From Macrostomum lignano (Eukaryota): a DNA stretch of 64,000 nt. The DNA lies in contig NIVC01000028.1 in the NCBI GenBank assembly GCA_002269645.1, positions 310,001 to 374,000 on the forward strand, given 5' to 3'. Shown one piece after another: positions 57,810-64,000 of the stretch (positions are counted from its first letter, which is position 1; each line of letters begins with the position of its first letter). Below the pieces are notes generated by a model, which saw only the letters and a program-made list of their open reading frames with translations, had not been told where the DNA came from and made no database searches. Position numbers and translations under genes: made by a program.

Positions 57810-60800
57810 TCATTTCCGTGCACCAAAAAACGAGCTCAGGAATCGCGGTTTCAGCTTCCCACCCGCCAGGTACTCGTGCCCCATCAGCTCCAGTGCGGAT
57901 CTTCTCTTCCTGCGGTCCTTGGCGGTGCAGCGGCTGTAGAAATCCCTCAGCTCTGCGGACCGGCCGTCCGGCAGGGCGGGGGCGCCCCGCTTGTCGATCA
58001 GCTGGGCCATTTCTAGCAGGCGTTTGGTGTTCGCGAACGGCCTTGAGCCGGACGCCATCTGGAAGACGGAGCAGCCGAACGCCCAGATGTCCGACTCTCT
58101 GCTGTACTGCACGCTGTCCGACTCTCCCGCTCCGAGCAGCTCTGGCGCCATGAAGTTCAGAGTGCCTTTGGGTGACTGAGTGGAGGCTGACACGTGGCTG
58201 ACTGACTGCTCCAGCTTGATTGACAGGCCGAAGTCGATCAGCTTGATTCGCGTCTTGTCAGCACAAACAATTATGTTGGAGCAGTTGATGTCTCTGTGGA
58301 TGACGGGCGGCTGCTGGCTGTGCAGGTAGAGCAGCGCGCGGCAGATCTGCGAGCGGTCGGTCAGTGAGCAGTCATCATTCATGGGAACATGGAGCAGGAG
58401 CATCAAGGATGCACAATGCTCACCTGCTCGCTGAATTCTCGGGTCGTCAGCTCGTCCAGCGGCTTGTTGTCGATAAACCTCTCCAAGCTTCGGCCGTCCA
58501 GCAGCTCCATGAACACAACGACTGTGGCGGGCTTCGGCTGAGCGATGTGCAAGAACCTGACGATGTTGGGATGCCGCAGTCGGCACAGGTTTCTCTCGCT
58601 CTCGACAGCTCTGTGGATCTCTGAGCTTACATCGGTTTGGTCATCACCGAGCTGCACAGGCAGTCTGAGAGTCTTGGCAGCGCACGTGACGCCTGTGTCA
58701 GTTCGAACTTCGTGGACTTCGCCGAAGCCTCCGCGGCCGATGAGACGAACGGCGTCCCAGCGCTTCAGGAATGGGGGTCTGAGGGGATGCGAATTGAGGC
58801 AATGAGGGATAATATGCATGCTGTAGCTGTGTGTGCTGTAGCTGTGTGCTGTAGCTGTGTGCTGTAGCTGTGTGTGCTGTAGCTGTGTGCTGTAGCTGTG
58901 TGTGCAGTAGCTGTGTGCTGTAGCTGTGTGCTGTAGCTGTGTGTGCTGTAGCTGTGTGCTGTAACTGTGTGTGCTGTAGCTGTGTGCTGTAACTGTGTGT
59001 GCTGTAGCTTTGTGTGCTGTAGCTGTGTGTGCTGTAGCTGGGTGTGCTGTAGCTGTGTGCTGTAGCTGTGTGTTGTAGCTGTGTGCTGTAGCTGTGTGTG
59101 CTGTAGCTGTGTGCTGTAGCTGGGTGTGCTGTAGCTGTGTGTGCTGTAGCTGTGTGCTGTAGCTGTGTGTGCTGTAACTGTGTGCTGAAGGAACTCACGG
59201 CAGTGCCAGAGGCTCGTCGAAGTAAATCTTGCCGTCGTACCTAAATGGGCAGTGCGAAATCTGAAGTCAGTGTGAATTCTTTTGACAGCCCATGCTCTGT
59301 GCTTCATTCTTTCCATTTCTTTAAATTAACCATATAATAATATTTTTAATAGTTTTTATTCTATTGTAAAACGCTGTAATATTACCAGAAAAGCACAAAG
59401 TAATTCAGATGGCAAAATGCTTGCTGGTGTCTCACAGCTCGCAGGCAGCTGAACATTAACATTCAACTGGCAATCTGCAGTCAAACTGCACTGCAAACTC
59501 CCTCAATGCAGCTCAGTCAGTGTCTGCTGCCCATTTAAACTAAAAAAATGTAAAAATGCCCACTCAGAGCAACTGCAGTCAGCTGCTCAATATTCAATCA
59601 TAAATTACAGCATAATGTTTATCAATGATAAATCAAAGTCAGAGAGACATTTTCAGTCGCCATGGAAACTCACCCACGCAGCAGCTCAGCCAGTTCGCTC
59701 TTTCCCTCCTCTGTGGCCAAATCCAGCGCAGTCCTGCCGTCTCTGTTCTTCGGTCTCCAATCCGCCCCTGAGTCCAGCAGACCCCGACCGACTGCGGCGG
59801 CAGTGACGGGTGGCGCATGGGCTGCCACCATGAGGGGCGTGGATTTAGACAGACCTGCCCCTGCATTGGCGGAGGCTCCGGCAGCCAGCAGAGCGGAGGC
59901 TGCGGCAGAATTGCCAGCCCCGGCTGCACGGTGCAGGCAACTTTCACCAATTAAATTCGCACAGGTGGGGTCACCCAGCTGCACCAGCTGCTCCCACAGA
60001 GCCTCATTACCGCACGATCTGTTCTGAGCTGCCCACATCAACGCGGTGAAACCAAAACTGTCAGGCAGGTCGCAGCTGCCGCGGGTCGCCGCTCGCCGCA
60101 GCCCCGCCAAGTCGCCCGCCTCGGCCAGCCGCCGCAGTTCCTGTCGATCCCGCTCCTCCTGCAAAGGCGAGCGGGAAATTTGAGCACAGCTGCTCAGCTG
60201 CAGCCGCATCGGCACCGCAGATGCCGCTCACCTGGTCTTTCAGGCCGAAGACCATGCCATATTTATCCATATCCAGCCGCATCTCCCTGCAACAGAAAAA
60301 TTGAGAACTGAATTTGCAATTTTCTCAAATCCGCAACTACAATCACCAAAAGAAATTTATTTATATTTTGACAGAATCTTAGTAAACAAAAATCCCCAAT
60401 TATCTGAGCAGCTCGCAGATGAAGTTTCCAAGAGGACTGCAGCAGCTCTGCAACATCAGCATTGGCGAGAGCGCATCCGACTTCTCACACGCAGCTCATT
60501 TTCCATTTCTGCAGCATGAGTTTCCTTCCATCTCACAATGTCTCACAAAGCACTCACGCACAGCCTCCCAGTTCTCCATCTGCAGCTCAACCCACACACT
60601 CTCACTGCACACCGAGGCCCTACAGCTTCCATTCTCGACTGAGATCAACCGGCACCCCATTGGCTGTGAGGCAGCCAGCCAATCACAGCTCTCGCCCATC
60701 AAGCAGAGTCAGACAGAGACAAGCTCAGCTGACTGGCTCTGATTGGCTGGCCTGAGAGTGCAGCTCTGGCCACCCCAGCCGAATGCTGCAAAACTTGATG

Positions 60801-61609
60801 GACACAGCAGCGAACTGCTCACTCACCGCTCGATGTAGCTGGCCAGCTCTGAGTGGCCGCTGAGCCTCGCCAGGTCCGACGCCGTCCGACCCTCGCGATC
60901 CTTTAGTCTGAGCAGCCGCGACCTCTTCGAGTTTTCGTGCTTCCCGTACGCATTTAATCTCCACTTTCTTAGCAGGTGCAGCAGGTGCTTGGCGCATTTC
61001 CAGCTTCCAGTCCGCGCCGCCTCCATCAGCGGAGTGGCGCCGTTTTCGTTCCGCAGCCACTTCGCATCGAACGACAGCAGCGTCAGCAGCCGCAGGTGGT
61101 CCCGTCGGGCTGCCAGGTGCGCAGCCGTGTCGCCGTTCGCGTCAGCGGCCTTGGGGTTCGCACCCAGCTCAAATAAGTACAAGATGCACTTTTCAGTTTG
61201 CACGGGAGTCTCAGGAGCGTCGGCCACCTGCATGAGGACGGTCCGACGAGCTGCATCAGCGCTAGTGACCAGCTGGCGCGTTGCCAGCCGCCGCACCTGG
61301 TCGAAGTCACCTCGGATGACGTCGTGGGCGAGAGTCTGGAGATCGGCTGGTAAGTCTCTGACGCTTGCCCGGTTGCTGGGGTCCGGCTGAGTGAGTTCCT
61401 GCAACTGCAATTGAGGCAACCAAGCTGTACATTCAGACATGTGAGTGAGTTCCTGCAACTGCAATTGAGGCAACCAAGCTGTACATTCAGACATGTGAGT
61501 GAGTTCCTGCAACTGCAATTGAGCCTATAAATATTCTATGTCTCAGTTTTCTAACTTCAACTTTACTTACTATTTCGTCAATAGATGGTGATCTCCGTCG
61601 CTCTGCCAT
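57810..61609 (-). CDS. Ankyrin-repeat Ser/Thr kinase (MAP3K/STE11-like domain), copy B, 7 exons, ~673 aa
   Basis: Exons 61571-61609, 60827-61335, 60232-60286, 59674-60158, 59199-59240, 58424-58778, 57810-58346; phases join (2022 nt). Same kinase motifs as copy A. Confidence 0.87.
58817..59185. repeat. (GTAGCTGTGTGCT)n 13/15-bp minisatellite in the pre-kinase intron
   Basis: Direct reading. Confidence 0.98.
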
Positions 61610-63747
61610 GGCTGCAAGCTCAGTCCGTCAGTCGCAGGTGTCTCAGCTCAGCCAGAGAGTCCGGCAGGGCAGCGGCCGCCTCTGCAGCAGATTTTATTGG
61701 CCCTGGAGCAGCTGCAGCGAATTCCTTCTCACCCTGCCTTTCTGCCTCTCCTATTGGCTCTGAGGGAACAGCAGAACTGCTGCAATGTCGGTGCGTGGCT
61801 ACTTGAAGCAGTCAGTGTGCGACTGCGGCTTTTCTTGCTAAATTGGTGCAGTTCAAACGCAAAATCAGATTCAGGTCAGTGCAAACACTAACAGCTTGAG
61901 CGCATCATTGTTCATTAAGTGTTCTGCTCAGCCTAAACTACAAGACTCGGACGGCTACTCGACATTAGTCAGGGAGTGCTTGCACAAGCTAACAGCTGCT
62001 ACTTCTGCTCAAAATGTCTCACTGACAAAAAGTGCTGCAGTTCGCAACTGCACTGGCTGGAAACTCCACGAGTTCGAAAATATGAAATCTCAGTGCTGCT
62101 ACTCGGTGAGGTTGTGAAAGTTGTGGTAAATTTATTCTCCCGCAGTTTTTAGGCAGAAATGGCATTGAGGCTCTTCTGGAGCGTACGTAATAGCTGCTGA
62201 CATAAAGATTGTCAGAGCTGCCCTGGAAAGATGTCTGGGAAGAGTGGAAACTGGAAATTTCAGAGAAGAGAGGCAGAAAATAGTTTCTGAAGAGGCATTG
62301 ACATAAACATAAGTGTTGGAATTGAAGATGGCCTTTTAGTTCAATTCCAAAGAGCCGTCAACGGCTGACTTGGTTATGGCAATGCAATACGTACAGCGTA
62401 TTTGCGAGCGCGAGTTACTAGGAAAATAAACTATAATTAATGTGCATGCAGTACTTATAAGCCCACAGCGAAACCGGTGCGTACCATGGTATTATCCTTT
62501 TGCCTCTTCCCATCAAGCAAACAACACTAAGCATGAATGCACACAAAGAGCCATAAACGTAAAAAAACAAATATAGAGGTGCATATAAAGTTCTATGCAA
62601 TTATTTAGAATATCCGATTTCTGGAAAGGCGAGGGAAAAAGTCAACAATGCACTTTTGTGAAATATTCTGGAATGCTCAGTGCGGGGTACCTCAGTTTCT
62701 GTGGGAGAGCAGTTGAGGCTGCGGCTGAGCGACCCGAGTTGCTGCCGAAACTCTCGAAGGCTTGCCGAATTGCAGACAGATCTACTTTGCCAAATGAAGT
62801 TGGTATTCTTGCACTGAGTTAGCCGAATGGAGTGATTTTGAGCGGAAATTCCATATATATTGCTTTAAGTAGCCACTGTTACCACAATAACGAATTCGCG
62901 GAGAAGCAAACGAACAATTTCTGGCTCTGAGCAGTGGACCTGTTCACAACTGAGCAGCATGTTTTGCTCCTCCTGGATCGAAATTCAAGCAACATTCCTG
63001 GAAAGCAACTTTTTGATTGGCTGGAACATGAACATGACCCCCTGAGCATTTCTCAACTCCTATGCTGACTGCACGTGGATCAGCCATAGGGGAGGCAATT
63101 CAGTGGGGAATGTCCTTAACCGCGAGTGAATAATTTCTACCCATGGCGGCCGAAGGCCTGCGCTCTCCCAATTTGGCACGTTTCGTTAGTAAGGTGCTGT
63201 TCGGTAAAGTCCCGGACAGTGAGCATCACCTTCGGATAGTAAATAAGGTATTTTTAGACTCCAACTCCAAGTTGGCTCTCAAATAAACCTCCCAAGAGTT
63301 TCTGGATCATCTAGCTACCGGAAAGCCTATTGGTATGTCCTTCAGGATAATCTAGAAAATGGCAACATTATCCGCTCCTGTATTTTCCCCAGCGACCATT
63401 GATAAAGCAATTGATCAACCCACTGCGAAAATGCAGGAAACAATTACCGAAGTTGTCCCAGATCGTGAACTCAGGGAGCAGCTGCCTCCTGATAGTATCT
63501 GTAAAACCAAACATAGAAGAAAACTCTACAAAACTTATAAGACCAGTATGGATAATTTCAGAGTTCTGACTGAACAACTTCTAAGGCGCTCTATTCAGGG
63601 TGCAGCGTTGCGAAAAATTTGAAGACTTTTGTAAAAGTCGCTAAAACCAGTTACAGAATGAAACCCCGGATGCTGGGTCGATATAAAAAAGATGCTGAGC
63701 GAGTCCCTCGAACTCATCTCCTTCCCCACCCTCAGTTACAAGGGAAC

Positions 63748-64000
63748 CTCAGCTGAGGCTGCAGAGGAGACTGCATGCCTGTTTCAAGATTTCCATGAAG
63801 CTCAGCTGAGGCTGAAGAGGAGACTGCATACCTGTTTCAAGATTTGCATGAACCTCAGCTGAGGCTGCAGAGGAGACTGCATGCCTGTTTCAAGATTTGC
63901 ATGAAGCTCAGCTGAGGCTGAAGAGGAGACTGCATGCCTGTTTCAAGATTTGCATGAAGCTCAGCTAAGGCTGAAGAGGAGACTGCATACCTGTTTCAAG
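63748..64000. repeat. 53-bp minisatellite running off the window end
   Basis: CTCAGCTGAGGCTG(C/A)AGAGGAGACTGCAT(G/A)CCTGTTTCAAGATTTGCATGAA(G/C) at 63748, 63801, 63854... Confidence 0.96.

Noticed and set aside
58698-59316. His/Thr/Gln-rich ORFs (TQLQHTATAHSYS)
   Set aside because: Translation of the 13/15-bp intronic minisatellite.
63000-63700. Short ORFs possibly from a decayed LINE
   Set aside because: No recognisable RT or endonuclease motif.

Overview
Eukaryotic (animal) genomic DNA with GC-rich exons, AT-rich introns and many intronic minisatellites. The style fits a free-living flatworm such as Macrostomum, which is inference only. Left part (1-25 kb): a secreted WSC-domain exon, a 700-bp foldback, an orphan coiled-coil exon and a complete but decayed THAP/P-superfamily DNA transposon (36-bp TIRs, 7-bp TSD). 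That transposon carries a nested mariner and a nested 5'-truncated RTE LINE. It is followed by a 7-exon kinesin-6 (KIF20-like) gene whose introns hold a SINE, a MITE, minisatellites and a deleted Gypsy element. Right part (25.7-61.6 kb), the main result: three tandem minus-strand paralogues share the same four-exon ankyrin-repeat core but differ in their C-terminal effector. One is spliced to a caspase (QACRG) and two to a MAP3K-like Ser/Thr kinase. All splice phases join, the effector switch maps to a shared intronic minisatellite, and the ankyrin binding-surface residues are hypervariable while flanking introns are nearly identical. The caspase copy also has its own first exon with an N-myristoylation-type start. 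Two Gypsy elements sit in introns of the caspase copy. A 2.4-kb mini-Polinton (AG...CT termini, 6-bp TSD, integrase + parvovirus-type PLA2) lies just upstream of one kinase copy. All alignments, counts and splice models were made by eye; no database search was run.
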